NCBI GenBank assembly: GCA_009103225.1
Contig: RHPI01002503.1
Coordinates: 298,363 to 362,362 of the forward strand
Length of the DNA: 64,000 nucleotides
Direction of reading: 5' to 3'
Source: Chlorokybus atmophyticus
Lineage: Eukaryota > Plantae > Mesostigma and Chlorokybus algae
Part shown: one piece after another, positions 24,901-37,405 of the stretch
Position numbering within the stretch: position 1 is the stretch's first letter
How the letters are laid out: every line of letters begins with the position of its first letter
Translations under genes and position numbers: made by a program
The notes under the pieces: generated by a model
What the model was told of the DNA's origin: nothing
Databases searched by the model: none
The model's input: only the letters and a program-made list of their open reading frames with translations

Positions 24901-27900
24901 CTCGCATGCGCACAAGCGAAGGCAAAGCATCCAGTGTCTCCCTCAACAAGGCAACCTGTTTGTTGTCAATATCCATGGCAAGGGTATGGCTGGCAGCAGC
25001 AGCTGACTGTCCATTGTTGACCTTCAGGACACCACCAAAATAACCGCTTCGCTCTCGAAGTTGTTGTTTAAGCAAAAGTACTGTTGGGAAAGGCTCAAAT
25101 ACCTGGGGCAACCGTGTGTTTAGCAAAATATGATAATTATTCCTTGTTCAAAATCTTAACAATTACTTGATGAGCGTTGTTTGCGTTCGCTGCAGCTCTT
25201 GCACAGCTCAGGTCTATCTCTGCAAAGTCAGACTTCAATAAGCTCCTGATAGCAGCCGCCAAACCCAGCTGGCAAGTAGCAAATCATTGAGGAAATCCAA
25301 CTCATAACCAGCTCAGAATCATCAGACAGCATGTCTCACCTCCTCAAATGCATGTAAGCATAACGAGTCGGCACATGCATACAACCGGCTTGATGGAGTA
25401 GCATGCGCTTTGAGGCAGATGGCACATGATTGGAATGCCGCCTCCAAGCTCGTGTGTACAAACATGCAGAGATGCACAAACACGTTTCTGCATACATGTG
25501 AGTACAATGGTTACATGTATATAGAATTTCCAACCTGAGAGTTGCAGACGCAGGGGAGCAACACGTAAGATGCAACGTAGTCAGGGTGCATGCAAGTATG
25601 CCGTACGAAGCAGCCATGCCCAGGCGCGCATACCTCTTGACGTTGTCATCCATGTTGCGCGCATCATTCGTCCAGCCTTCAAAGAAGATGCGTACAAGCT
25701 GTGGTATGTACTTGCAAGTGCCATACGCCTCACCTCTCAGCCACAACCGACAAGCATCATTTATTTGCTCCAACTCCTCCCTGCTAGCAGCCTGGCTTGC
25801 TTTTACTGTGTAAGGTCTCAATATATCCCTGTGGCATCCAGCCACTGACATTAGTTGAGCAACACTACAGTACGATGCACATGATGCTGACTTGTAACTC
25901 ACACAGCGTTCTCTGAGCTCAGCTGCCAGTCAGCGTAACACAGATGCAGGCGCAAGGGCTGTTCTCCGTTCAAGCCCAAAGCCTCAGCGACAGTCCGCAG
26001 CTGCGCACTACCTTCCAAGCTCATGTGACAAACAACCTGTCAACACAGCAACTTCGTGATTTTCACAAGGGGATATAGAACAACTGCTGGTCAGTACAGG
26101 CAAGCTGCAGCCTATGCTGTCACACACCTCGCAGCCTGGGATGTTCAGCTCCACATGCCACCATGCACAAGGTGCAACATTGCCCTCTTGTGCTGCATCA
26201 GCTGCATCGTGGCATTGCCTTGCTGCTTGTGCAACCTGAAGAGCCAAGGAATGCAAGTCACATGATTGAATATCCACGCTGCAGGTACAATCTAGTCAAC
26301 AACTCATCAATGCAACATGCATTGTAGCGCACCTCTTGCCAGATGATGGCGTTCTTGGACACATCCAACACAAGGCTGTCAACCATATCATAGCCGAAAC
26401 GGTCACCTTCGCTATCATCGCTATCATCACCGTCGCTAAGCAGGCCATCAGAACTCTCAACGAGCTCTACATCCGCATGGCCCATGGGACTGAAACTGCG
26501 GGTGGCACATGGTGAAGTGCTGGGCAGAGCACTTACACACAATGACATAGACTGCGGCTGTCTTCGATATGCAGCAAGCATGGCATCAAGGACAACATCA
26601 ATGGCGCTGCCACATGCTGCACGCTCAAGGCGGTCGTTGACAGCTGTTGCAAATGCAGACAGCCTCTCGTCTTCCGTCCATACACACAGCACACCTGCAA
26701 TGACCGTCATGCTTGCTTGTGTCAGTGCATGTACATGCGTCTCCTAAGTTTGAAATCAATGCAGGCAACCACCACAACCGATAATGCATGGTTTCACCTG
26801 GGTGTATATTGCAAAAGAGCTCCAGACCATCCCCGAGCACAAAGGTGACTGCATTGTCGGCTGTCTCCATCAAAGAGAACAGCATGCCAAAAGTTTGCTG
26901 CTGCGGATGCCTGATGAAGCACTGCTCGACATTGGTGCCGGATATGTACACTGCATTGGCAGCTGCCCAGGCAGCAAACTGAGCGCCCAAAAGCGAACAA
27001 CCAGGCCACAAGCTTTCGCAAGACTTGAGCAAGGCAGGCAGCTTGCAATATGTCGTGAATATGGCATCAAGAATGGCGCCCACAGCATCGTCAGCGGAGT
27101 TGCTGCTCTCAAGACGGGCATTAACATGCGTAGCACAATCCAACAGGCAGCTGCTTTCAGTGATTACAAACATTGCGCCTGCAGACTGGAAGCGATCAGC
27201 AAGGCATACACCGGATACCAGTCAGCTCGCCTTACATGAAGCACTGGGCTTGACACACCTTGTTGCAGGTTGCAATAGAGCTGTGCGCACTCTTTACCGA
27301 CACCCAAGAGCATGAACTCGTTGGTTGCTTCCACCAGATGAAGCAGCACGCCGCGCCCTGGAGGCTGGCCGGGATGCGTGATACAGCAGCTTGTGGCTGA
27401 CGGACCATCGCTGTCTCCGCCACTAGGCAAGGCGCCATTTGCATGGGCCCAAGCAGCGAATTGCGTAGCAGCCATGCCTGTGCCGATGCTCATCAACACC
27501 CAGGCCACCGGACAGCCTTGTTTGGATCCTGGCTGGGCCAGGCAAACCCTAGCGAGCAGGAGGCAGTGTCCGCTTCACCATATTTAGCCTACGCTGCATG
27601 ACTGCCTGCATTTGCCCTGCAGCTGCTACTGGCCTCCAATGCGTGCTTCAACACTGATGGCACGACAAACGCAGACGCCCTTTCAAGCAGCTGTTACTAC
27701 TCACTAGTGTGCATGCAGTCAACAGCCGCAATCTGCGGCTCGCAGAACCTATAAGGACGTACAAACACTCCCATACCTTGTGATAATGGCGTTTGCAATG
27801 CCACAAGGTAAAGGCGTCTTCTTCGCAGTCAGCAACAGCGCCTCTGACTGACGACTCGAAGCCTCCCAGGGCGCCTGCTGCAAACTGCACGCTCCCAAGC

Positions 27901-27914
27901 AAGCTGAAGGCCAA
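21976..27914 (-). CDS. Multidomain protein: N-terminal repeated modules + Cys-rich segment + PARP6/8-type ADP-ribosyltransferase + C-terminal UBE2Q-type E2 (UBC) domain; 5' end uncertain (may reach about 28.3 kb)
   Basis: Spliced frame gives CAICLKAH...CADSLCLHAF; FEPFP; ...VSTNRTRVHCL; EARFTARRNAAGASMFAYHGSKFHNFFSIMRNG|LRNLSHTHLMAQGAAYGQ|GIYLATTRDTSLAYC...MAICEVV...ILTIHDADCVTIRYL. Then RELKKM...DDMFRWLV...LELRFPNDFPFEPPFVRVVSPRF|RFRTGHVTVGGSICMESLTRTGWTPAMSLENLLVE...YSLAEAQEAFQRVAAQHGWQA*. Confidence 0.85.
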
Positions 27915-28373
27915 GCCTCAGCCGCTATTGCAGGTTGCCACCGTCAATCCCACTCAGCTGACAGCACGGAACAGACCACCTTGTTGAAGAACTACAAGCA
28001 CCCTTGCACTGAAGCAAAGCCAGCCAGTGACCGAGCTTACCCTTGCAAAGCAGCGCCGAATCCAGCTGAACGCACACGGAGACCGGCCACGCCTTGCCAG
28101 CGGAGGCAGCGCCCAACGAGACGTTTGCGCGCAAAGTACGCACCGCCTTGCATTGCCTGACGCGACTTCAGCATTGGGAATGTGCTGCTCGCATGCACAC
28201 TGACGCTGCTTTACGAAGTGCGCGTCCGCACTTGGCCGCACTTGAAGCGCACACAAACACACTCTCTGCTTTAGACCAATCAGGCAGCTCGGCTTCAAGC
28301 AGGCTGCAATTTGCCGCAGCAGCAGCAGCGGCAGCGGTCGTGGCGGTGGTGGTGGTGGTGGTGGTGGTGGTGC

Positions 28374-28640
28374 GGTGCCCAAAGCTACGTGGTGGAAGCT
28401 TGAAGCAAAGGCGGTGTCACTAAGAGGTAGGCACGAGGTTCACTTAGGATTCAGGATCCCGGAGGTCGGCTGGGGTTGTCTTGCATGTCAGTGTGAGTGA
28501 CAGTTGACTGAAGCTGCGGCAAGGGGTTCCCTTCATGTTGACATTGTACCGTGGAGGTTGGAAGCACGTATGTTAGCTCTCGCAGGCATTGTCGATGGCG
28601 GCATTGCTGTTGTGGTCGTTGGTGTCGGGTGACATGCTAG
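28374..28640 (+). pseudogene. Third relic copy of the duplicated unit (homologous to 20567-20860; F-box 5' remnant)
   Basis: ggtgcccaaagctacgtggtggaagctt...aaggcggtgtca vs 20567 ggtgcctaccgctacgtggctgaagctc...aaggcggtgtca; ggtcggctggggttgtcttgcatgtcagtgtgagtgacagttgac vs ggtcggatgggagtgtcatgcatgctagtgtgatttacagttgac. Confidence 0.6.
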
Positions 28641-29215
28641 CAACAACAAACCTGCGCTTCATTCCGACCCAGCATGCTGCGCTGCTTGGTTGGGGCTGCC
28701 ACCTTCCAGCTGCTGTAGTTTACTGAAATATGCGGTTTTGCTTGTGGTCAGGCGCAAAGGCGTCGATTACCTGGCAACCACAGGCATGGCGTCTCACGCT
28801 TGCCTGCTTGCCACTGCACGGGCGACATGCATTGACCGACCAAGCTCACGCCAGTTGCTGGTGAGCGGCACGCTGTTGCAGTAGCATTTCAGCAATGCTC
28901 GGTGTTGTAAATTTCTTTGTGTGCCAGGGCTTCAAGTTGCATCACAAGCGAGTAACCTCAGTTGCTATCAGTCGAGAGGCTGCTACTGTGGCCCAGACAC
29001 CTGTTTCGGCAGACAAGGTAATAGTTTGGCAATCTTGCAAAGCGTTTACATGCGTACCTGTTAGTTCTGTGGTTCTTGGCTTTTGCTTCACGAGCTTGCC
29101 TGACGATAACTAGTATTTGGTTTGTCCTGGTCTGTTTTATGCCCTCAGGAAGAGGAAGGTGCGTCAGATGAGTTGGCAGTGGTCATCCACTGCATGTAGA
29201 CAGACGCAACATTGC

Positions 29216-30192
29216 ATGGCATACTGCAACTTGATCGCCTGTGCGGTTCTTGTGTTACATACGCATCACGCATGCCTACAGGCTCCCGCCACGTCTGAGG
29301 CTTGTGCAAGCGAGAACTCTACAGTCACACGTCGTGCGGCATTGCTGGGCGCATGCACGCTGGCTGTGGCTGCGGCTGTCAGCAACCAGACAACACTTCC
29401 AGCAAAGGCAGATGACGGATACTTCACATTCTATGGCCAGGTACGGTACCAGTTTGTATCTCAACCAGCAGACAGGGTTGCGAGTAAACTGATTGTGAAC
29501 TGATTGTTTGCTTTTATTTGACACATGCAGGCTGCTGGCCCTGCCAGTTATGGCGGCTACGGCGGTACAGAAAGGAGGGAGGGAGCGCGGTATACGTACG
29601 ACGTGCCTGAGGCCTGGAAGGCGCGCGCCATCAGCAAGGTGGAGAAGGGCACCAATGGAACGGACAGCGAGTTCTTCAACCCAAAGAAGAAGGACGAGAA
29701 GGTTTATGTTACATCTCTTGCAGGGGTTGGCCGGCTTAACAACATCAACAACACACTCCAGGTGAGCATGCGTATGGCAAATTGCCAACTCTCCCACAGA
29801 ATATGTGCGCTGTGATTCACCATACACTGTATTCAGTACAAGCACTAGATCATATAATGTGCACTGTGTTGCACATTCCATGTCTTTGGAATGGGTATTT
29901 GCCGTTGTTGTAAGTGGGTGTGCTTCTGCAGGATTTGGCCTTGTCAGATGTGCGACTCCAGGACTTCCTGGGTTCCGCAGACAATGTCGCCTCATCCGAG
30001 GACAGGAACGGCAGCCAGTTGTATTATAGGTACGACATCAGCAGTGCGGTTGGCCACGCGCTCATCAACGTCACTTCTGTCAGCGGTAAGATCTATGCCC
30101 ACTTTGTCCTGGCGCCTCCAAAGGAATGGGTTCGGGACGAAGCCGCCCTGCGGCGCATCAGTGCTTCTTTCAAGACTACCCAGTATGCTTAG
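29216..30192 (+). CDS. Thylakoid lumenal 19 kDa protein (PsbP/Mog1-like family); 3 exons, start codon uncertain
   Basis: Tat signal RRAALL...AKA; FYGQ|AAGPASYGGYGG...YTYDVPEAWKARAISKVEKGTNGTDSEFFNPKKK; |DLALSDVRLQD...YAHFVLAPPKEW...SFKT. Matches the remembered Arabidopsis TL19 family motifs. Confidence 0.9.
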
Positions 30193-31195
30193 AGTGCACA
30201 GCCGAACAATTTTGTAATAATTAACCAGCCTGGTGGATACCATTGCTGTGATTGAGTCCAGCAGCACTGGCTTGTCTCGCGTCTATGTGTGACGGACTTG
30301 CAGCTTCAGTCCGTGGATCAGCATGCTAATGCACGCTCACACAAGCGTAAGCAAGCTCAACTGGCAGGGGTAAATTCATAAGTGGTCAGAGTTGAGTAGC
30401 ATAAGCTGCGACCAGATACCTGTGTAGCTGACAACCCAAAAACCGCGCTTTGCAGATGCTACGTCAATTGCAAACTTTGCAATGGACACAAGTTGTTGCA
30501 AACATGCATAGTGCCAGATGTTCCTTGGTCCGAACACATTCTTGCCAAAAGCACTAGAGCACAGACAGAAAGTGCAGTCCCTGAGTTACAGCGTGTGCTT
30601 GTCTAGCCTCTGCTTGGCACAGCTTCCAAAACGGTGGCATGCCAACGAGACAGCACCACAGTCCAATCCACGTAGTATACCAACCATCCCACAGAAGCTG
30701 GGTATAATGTGTCCAGACAGCTGGCACCCAAGTGTTGTGTTCGCTGCATTTTTCAGCTGCTATGCTCGACCATATACAGCGACACACCGATGATGCACAA
30801 TCTGCTTCATGCGCATCTGCCAGCGGGTGGCTTGCACTCTACAGTGTGCACAGGCTCTGGCGATTATGGCGCGGAGCAACGGCGATGCCAGGGTGGGCAC
30901 CAGTGCATGCCTCCCCGACCACAGAGGCGGACGCAGCCCTAGCGTAGCTGTATGCTAGTGTACACGCATGCTGGCTGAGTCATGTATTCTACTGCTTGCG
31001 TTGAGTGTAGGATTGATGAGTGTAGGCAGCCATGCGCGCGGACAATATAAATGTTGGCGGTGTCAGGCCATGTAGTAAGAGAGAGACAATCTGTTGAGAC
31101 AACGCTGGTACTGTGACACTAAGTGCTTGTGGTGCAGCGGCTTTCTTTTGACATGCAGCAACAGGCAGAGTGTGCACAAGTCTTGTCAATCCAAT

Positions 31196-31256
31196 CGATG
31201 GCTGGGTGAGGGCTGCGTTCTGCCTGTTGCAGAGCGCAGTCCTCACCCAGCCATCG
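31196..31256 (+). ncRNA. Candidate pre-miRNA-like hairpin (28-bp stem, 5-nt loop)
   Basis: cgatggctgggtgagggctgcgttctgc-ctgtt-gcagagcgcagtcctcacccagccatcg: 26 Watson-Crick pairs plus 2 G:U pairs when read as + strand RNA. Expression unknown. Confidence 0.35.
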
Positions 31257-31328
31257 CCTCTGTACTGCTCTTGCGCCGCTTGCCGCCCTCCTTTGCTCCA
31301 CCATTCTCGCTGCACAGCAACACACAGT

Positions 31329-33434
31329 TTACATATCAACCCCAGAAACCCACCTTCATTTCACCATGGCGCGTGAGCACAGCAAATCCCTGTACCTTGC
31401 ATCGCCTCCCGCCTCTGATGGCCGCGTCTTCTTAGCCCTATCCTTCTCTCTGCGTTGCTTCCTGTTCAACCAAAGTAACAACATCTGGCAGCTGTCCCAC
31501 AATATTCCAAACAAAAACATGCACAAAGTACTCACGTGCTGTCGTCGTCTGTTCCTTTGTTTGCGCCCGCAGTGAGACGCAGCAGCAATCGCAGCTTGCG
31601 GTCAATGCGCCTAACCTCCTCCTCCTCCGCCGCAGCGTCTCTGCTCCGCGCAGCTTCCGCCGTCTGCGCACGTGCATCGCAGCATCAGTGTTTGTTACGT
31701 GTATGCACAAGCCGTGTTGGACCTGGCATGTAGTCAACTGACCATTGCTTGGATGCCGCGTATGGCGTTGAACAGCTCGGCGCGTGCCGCTTCAGTGCGG
31801 TCCTGATCACTTGATCCCGACCGCTCCAAGACATGCCTAATATACCTGAATAGTACAATTTACGTGACAATGCAACAATGTGAAGAGCGGTATCCATGAA
31901 ACAAAAGAGTATGTGTCTATCAAGAAAGCATGTTGCATTGCAGTGCGTACTACATTCTCAATACATATTGACACATGACATTCTCATTGTGGTTGCAGGT
32001 GCTGTGTGTATAGTGCATACCACTCCACAAAGTAGCATACAAACCGGTACAGCATGTAACCATTAGAGCTGCAGCTGCTGCAAAGCAACACACAAAGCGG
32101 ATTGCACATGACTCACCTGTCCGCATCAAATCCAAACTTGCGCAGTGAAAGAGCCAGCGCCGACATGGCAATCTGCAATGCAAGCTTGGTTGGACTACAC
32201 CAATGCACGATGATTGTTGATACACGATGATCAACAGCAGAGTGTGAGCAACGCACCTGACCCGGTGGGAAGATGAACGGAATGTCTGATAGAACAGCAC
32301 TGTCGATGAACGAGCGCGCGTAGCTGTATACATCCTGTGCGCACGTCAGCGCAATAGCGAACTCATCAAGCATTTCAGCTAACTGCCGGGCGAACAAGAG
32401 CCAATTATTACTCATCATACCCGCAGCTTTTGTGGATTGACTGTCTCCCCACAAAGTTCGCTGAATTGCTGCAGACATGGGCGCAGGTTTGTTGAATCAA
32501 ACCCTCGTGCAATACAACATACACTGAACATGCGTGTAACCAACAGTCTCGCAACTTTATTGGAACATCAAGTGTTCAACACACACCTTAAAGTCTTCCA
32601 GAAAACCCTCCAAGGGTCGATACGCCGATATCACAACCAAGTCAAAGTCCAAAGCCTGTACGGCGGGGCTGCTGAGGGATAGCATGGAGACAAAGCCTAA
32701 TGCGACTGAATGTCCACATGCAGGCAACATTACTTTGTCGTTGTACTGACTTGGAATGCTCCACCATTGCTGTACCTGTAGCAATGGCAGCTCATTTTTC
32801 AGCACGACCGCAGGGTTCTGATCAATCCCTTTGCCAAACTCCTCCGCAGAGACGTGGAACTCCTCGGCTTTGCAGGCCACGTACACGCACGTCAACCTGT
32901 ACACGCTTACCTTCAGCATAGGCTCAATACAAGCACATTCAAAAAGTACAGCATGCCATCCATTCAACACCACTGATGTGGGTTTTCAGTTACAGATGCA
33001 TGCTGGGACTGCATAGCATGTGTGCACACACATACACAGGCAACAGCGCACACGCACACACGCACGCACGCACGCACGCTCACGCACATGCACAAGTGCA
33101 GTTGCCCAACTGAACAAGCACACACAACACCATCAACCGCTCCCATCCCCGCTTACATGATGTGTTTGGGGTGGTAGTCCATGGCCGACTGCTTCAGGTA
33201 GAACCGTTCGAAGTACGCGACGGCGGTGGCCTGGAGCTTGTGCGGGAACGCGAACGCCTTGCATACCTCCTGGATCTTGCGACGGTAGTACGAACGGAGG
33301 GCCGCCTCCTCAGCGGGGGACAGCACTGCTGAGGGTAACTCTGGTGAAGATGGAGTGGAGGTGGAAGCCGATGCCAAGGCGCTGTCTTTCCCGGCCTCGT
33401 TGACTGTAAACCTCTGCTCGATCTGCCCAACCAT
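31329..33434 (-). CDS. CYCH: Cyclin H (CDK-activating kinase / TFIIH subunit); about 8-9 exons, both ends approximate
   Basis: [56 protein letters not shown]|[40 protein letters not shown]|[18 protein letters not shown]...[11 protein letters not shown]|IAMSAL...[11 protein letters not shown]. Confidence 0.9.
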
Positions 33435-35580
33435 TATGCGGTGACGCCATCATCCAAATTGTTGGAAAGCTTGTCCTGTCTCTTAGATCAATGGCAAGAC
33501 AGAGAGAAAGCATGGACATGACCAGAGTGTAGTGAAACAGAACAATACTGCAGCAAAAAGATAGGCAATTGTTGATAGGGGTAATTGTTGTGAGGTAATC
33601 ATTGCAAGGTGCCATAGGAGCTGCTACGCTAAACGCTAAACATACGGTCTCCTTGTGCTGTGTCTTCTACAAAGTTCAACATGCCAGCGCAAGACTGAGT
33701 GCATTGCATCCAGCTCGGTGTCTATCATTCAGCATCAACTTCGGATGCGGCATGCTTGCTTCCAATGCTTGGCAGTTTGTTTAAGCCCAAGAAGATGCCA
33801 ATTGTGCAAGCTGCTCTTAATCAGCCTCAAGCACGTCGCGCACATGGCCAGCTATGATGCTCATGACGTGATATTGGCATTGTTCATAAAGCTTGAGACC
33901 CGCTTGTTGAGTTTGCTTGCCAGCGACGTGACATGTCAGATTGCTATGTCAAAGCTGCATCCAATCGCAAAACAAATAAGCCCACACGTGAAGGGTGCTC
34001 ACCAGTTGCTCTGCGGTGAACGTCCACAAGCGCCGCTGCGTTGATGTTGGGTAATGCGCCATACAAGCACTTTTAGAAGCAACTTTGCGTGGCTATATGC
34101 TCACAGCTTTGAGCATGCTTTCCTGGCAGAAACCAACGCGTCAGCATACACAGCACCACGAACTGAATTGAATTCATCACAGGCGCATAACTTGCCGAGC
34201 TGAAAGGTAAACACACAGGAAAATTGAGCGCAATACAAGAGCCTTTCAACAGAGCCGCAATGCGGATGGGAAATGCGTACACTAACAACGAGGAGAGAGG
34301 AATGACGACAACTGCTGTTGACTACACAGATTCGGCATTGTGCATGCAGGCGGAAACAGCCATGAGATAACAAACTTGATCTAGAATGAAAGCAACAAGC
34401 GCAGCAGCCGACACTCCAATCAGGTGGCAGGCAAGCTAAGCCAGTAGATCGCGCACGCCCATACACGCACACATACATGCACATACCTCAACAACGGCCT
34501 GCCCAGCTTGCAGCGAAGCTTGCCAGTCCACCATCAAGCAGCAAGCGGATCGCCGCCCCCGAGCAAGCAATCCTACAACCGCTTGGACGACAATTCGTCC
34601 ATCCCGTGGTGTGTGCTTCCCGCCCAACACGATGCTCCTCCTCAGTCCTCCCTGCGCCTCTTCCGTGACAACGGCCTCCACCTCCACCTCCGCCTCCGCC
34701 TCCGCCTCCGCCTCAGCACAGTACTATCATGATGCGGGCTGGTTGTTGTGGGCGGCGGTGTCGTGTGACGGCGGCTGCGCGTCGGTGATCTCCGCGGCGC
34801 TGTCACCCATGTCCACGTCGTTGAACTTGGCCTCCGCTCCCCCCTACAAACAAACCCCTTCTCAGAGTCAGCAGGCAGAAGCAAACGCCCCGCAGAAGAA
34901 GTAGTAGGAGCCACACGCCTCTTCTTTCTTGAACTGTCGGGTACGTACGGTGCGGCAAAGCATGCATGCCGAATGGCCTCAGGGCGCTGGTTTGCGTTGT
35001 TCAGCGTAGTGACGTGAGAGTCCAGAAGCGTCCCTGCTTGCTGGTTCACAGCGGCTGATCGGTTTTGAAGCCGGTGCAAAGCCAGCCATGCATGCTTGCT
35101 TGCGTGCAAACTTTGCTTCGCAACTGAATTTGCCATGTTTGGTTGCGATCACTGAGTATCGATGTTTTGTGTGACTGCACATGCTTGCGATGCATGTTGA
35201 CAGCTGTGGGTGCATGTGCGTGTGCGTGCACACGCTCATGTGTGTGTGCATGTGTGTTTGCATGCATACGCATGCATGCGCATGGCGTGCATGCCTGCGT
35301 GCGTGTGCGTGTGCGTATGCGCCTGAGCATGGATGCGTATGGGCGCGTGCGTATAAACAATGGCACGCACATGCACGTGCATGTGTGTGCAACAGCATGC
35401 TCATACGTGCGCATGCGCATGTGCAGATTCGCATATGTGCACGCTGACGCACATGCACTTTGGTGCACGCACGTGCACGTGTGCGGGTGCATGTGGTCTG
35501 CAACTTATGCTTGTTGTTACAACTGCCAGCAGGTGGAGAGAAAAGTCAGTCATCACTCAACTCCCCATCGCCGTTGGCAA

Positions 35581-37405
35581 ATGCTACTTCACTTGGTGTC
35601 ACTCCTACCCTCGCATCCGACCTGCTGCTGCGCAGAGAAACCCAAAGCCAACCCGCACACACACCGCTCCACTCCCGCTACCATCACCAACAAGGACGCC
35701 GTCGACAATCCCAGCCGACAGCTGCGAAACAACAACAAGGCAACGTTGCCATTATGCAGCGGAGGCAAAGAGTCGTCTTGGAGGCTGTTGCTTTGCGGCG
35801 ATGATGGTGCTGGTGGCAACGGCGGAAACAAAGGGAGGAGAAGGCGAAGAACAGACAGTCATGACAATAATCACAGCAGCAACAACAACAACAACAGCAG
35901 CAGCAGCAACGACAACAACAGTAGGAGGCGTCGTAGTAGCTTGCAGCGCTCTCTGCTTGCCGGCAGCAGCTGCGTGTGCATAACACTCTGCGCAGCATCA
36001 TCAGCGTCATCATGCACAACATCACCATCACCATCAACCCCAACCGTGGCGATCATCATCCCAGCATTGAACGAGGCCGCAAGCATCGGCACAACATTAC
36101 GCTGTCTCGCACTGTTGGACCCTTCCGCGCGTGAAGTTATTGTGGTGGACGGCGGCAGCGTGGACGGCACCATCGACGTTGTTCGCAAGCATGTTGGTGT
36201 GGATGTTGTGCGCAGCGACAGACGTGGCCGTGCCGTTCAGATGAATAGAGGTGTAGCTGCGAGCGACTCGGATTACGTGTGCTTCGTGCACGCCGACACG
36301 ATCGTGCCGCAGGACCTGGTATGTGATTTGCGAAATAACGTCATGACCCAACACAACATGAAGTGATGTTGTGTGCTCAGGTTGCTATCATACGCAAGAG
36401 TCTTTCCAATGAGAGGACTGTTCTTGGCGGGTTCATCTCGAAAATGACGGTGCCCGGGCGGACACTGTGGGGCATCACTTTTCACAACTGGATTAAGGTG
36501 AGTTTACCATACTTGTTGGATTGCTGAGACTATTGGCCAACCTGTGGAGATGCTTTTATAAACCCGTTGTTTGTATGTGTGTTGTACCATACTTAAAGCA
36601 GACATACTACGGTCCGCTGCTGCTGAGGCCATTATCCTTCCTCTTTGGCTTCCGCTGCCTGTTTGGAGATCAGGTGTGCGTGTGAACAGAAACCTCCAAG
36701 AATAATATGTGTATGTGTGTGTGTGTGTGTGCGCGTGTGTGCGTGTGTGCAGTTGTTGTGCTCACCTTCTTAAGAACACAGTTCATGAAGCAACATTCTC
36801 GAAACGGAAATAATTGATTGGATGCAGGTCATGTTTTGCAGAAAGGCTGACTTCCTGCGAGTCGGAGGATTCGATGAAGATCTCAGCATCATGGAGGTTG
36901 GTATCTATCATTGAGATGAGACCTTGAGCTCAATCTACATGCCGGCAGAGTCATGATGTGTCTAAAACCTATTGGCACACACCATACAGGATGCGGACCT
37001 GTGCACTCGCATGCATATGAACCATCGCGTCGGCGAGCGCGGCTGGACTGCCCTGCATAAAAGAAGGCGAATACGCATGGTTAACAGAACTGTCCAGACA
37101 AGGTGATAATGTGTGGGACTTCTGTTGCTGGATGCTTGCAACGAGAGGCCCAAATGTGTGCGCGTGTGCGTTGACACTTGGATGTGCATGCAGCGGGAGG
37201 CGGGTTGTCGCTGTTGGACAAGCGAAGTCAACGTACATTCACTTTCTCATAGCCATGAGGTAGGTTTATGTGTGCAAGTGCTTTGTGAGATGCCTTGTGG
37301 CATTGGTTAAGGTGTATATTTACTTGCACTCACAGCTGGTACTGGGGTGCGTCGCCGGAGAGGCTTCGGTCGCTATACGACAATCTGTATACAGACATTA
37401 GATAA
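35581..37405 (+). CDS. Family 2 glycosyltransferase (bacterial 'transferase 2, rSAM/selenodomain-associated'-like) with a long low-complexity N-terminal extension; 7 exons
   Basis: VAIIIPALNEAASI...EVIVVDGGSVDGT...RGRAVQMNRG...YVCFVHADT; later exons LFGDQ|VMFCRKADFLRVGGFDEDLSIME|DADLC...QTS|GRR...SWYWGASPERLRSLY; stop TAA at 37403-37405. Confidence 0.85.

Noticed and set aside
34436-35503. Overlapping GC-rich ORFs between cyclin H and GT2
   Set aside because: Driven by (GCCTCC)n and RY repeats; no domain or coherent splice structure found.
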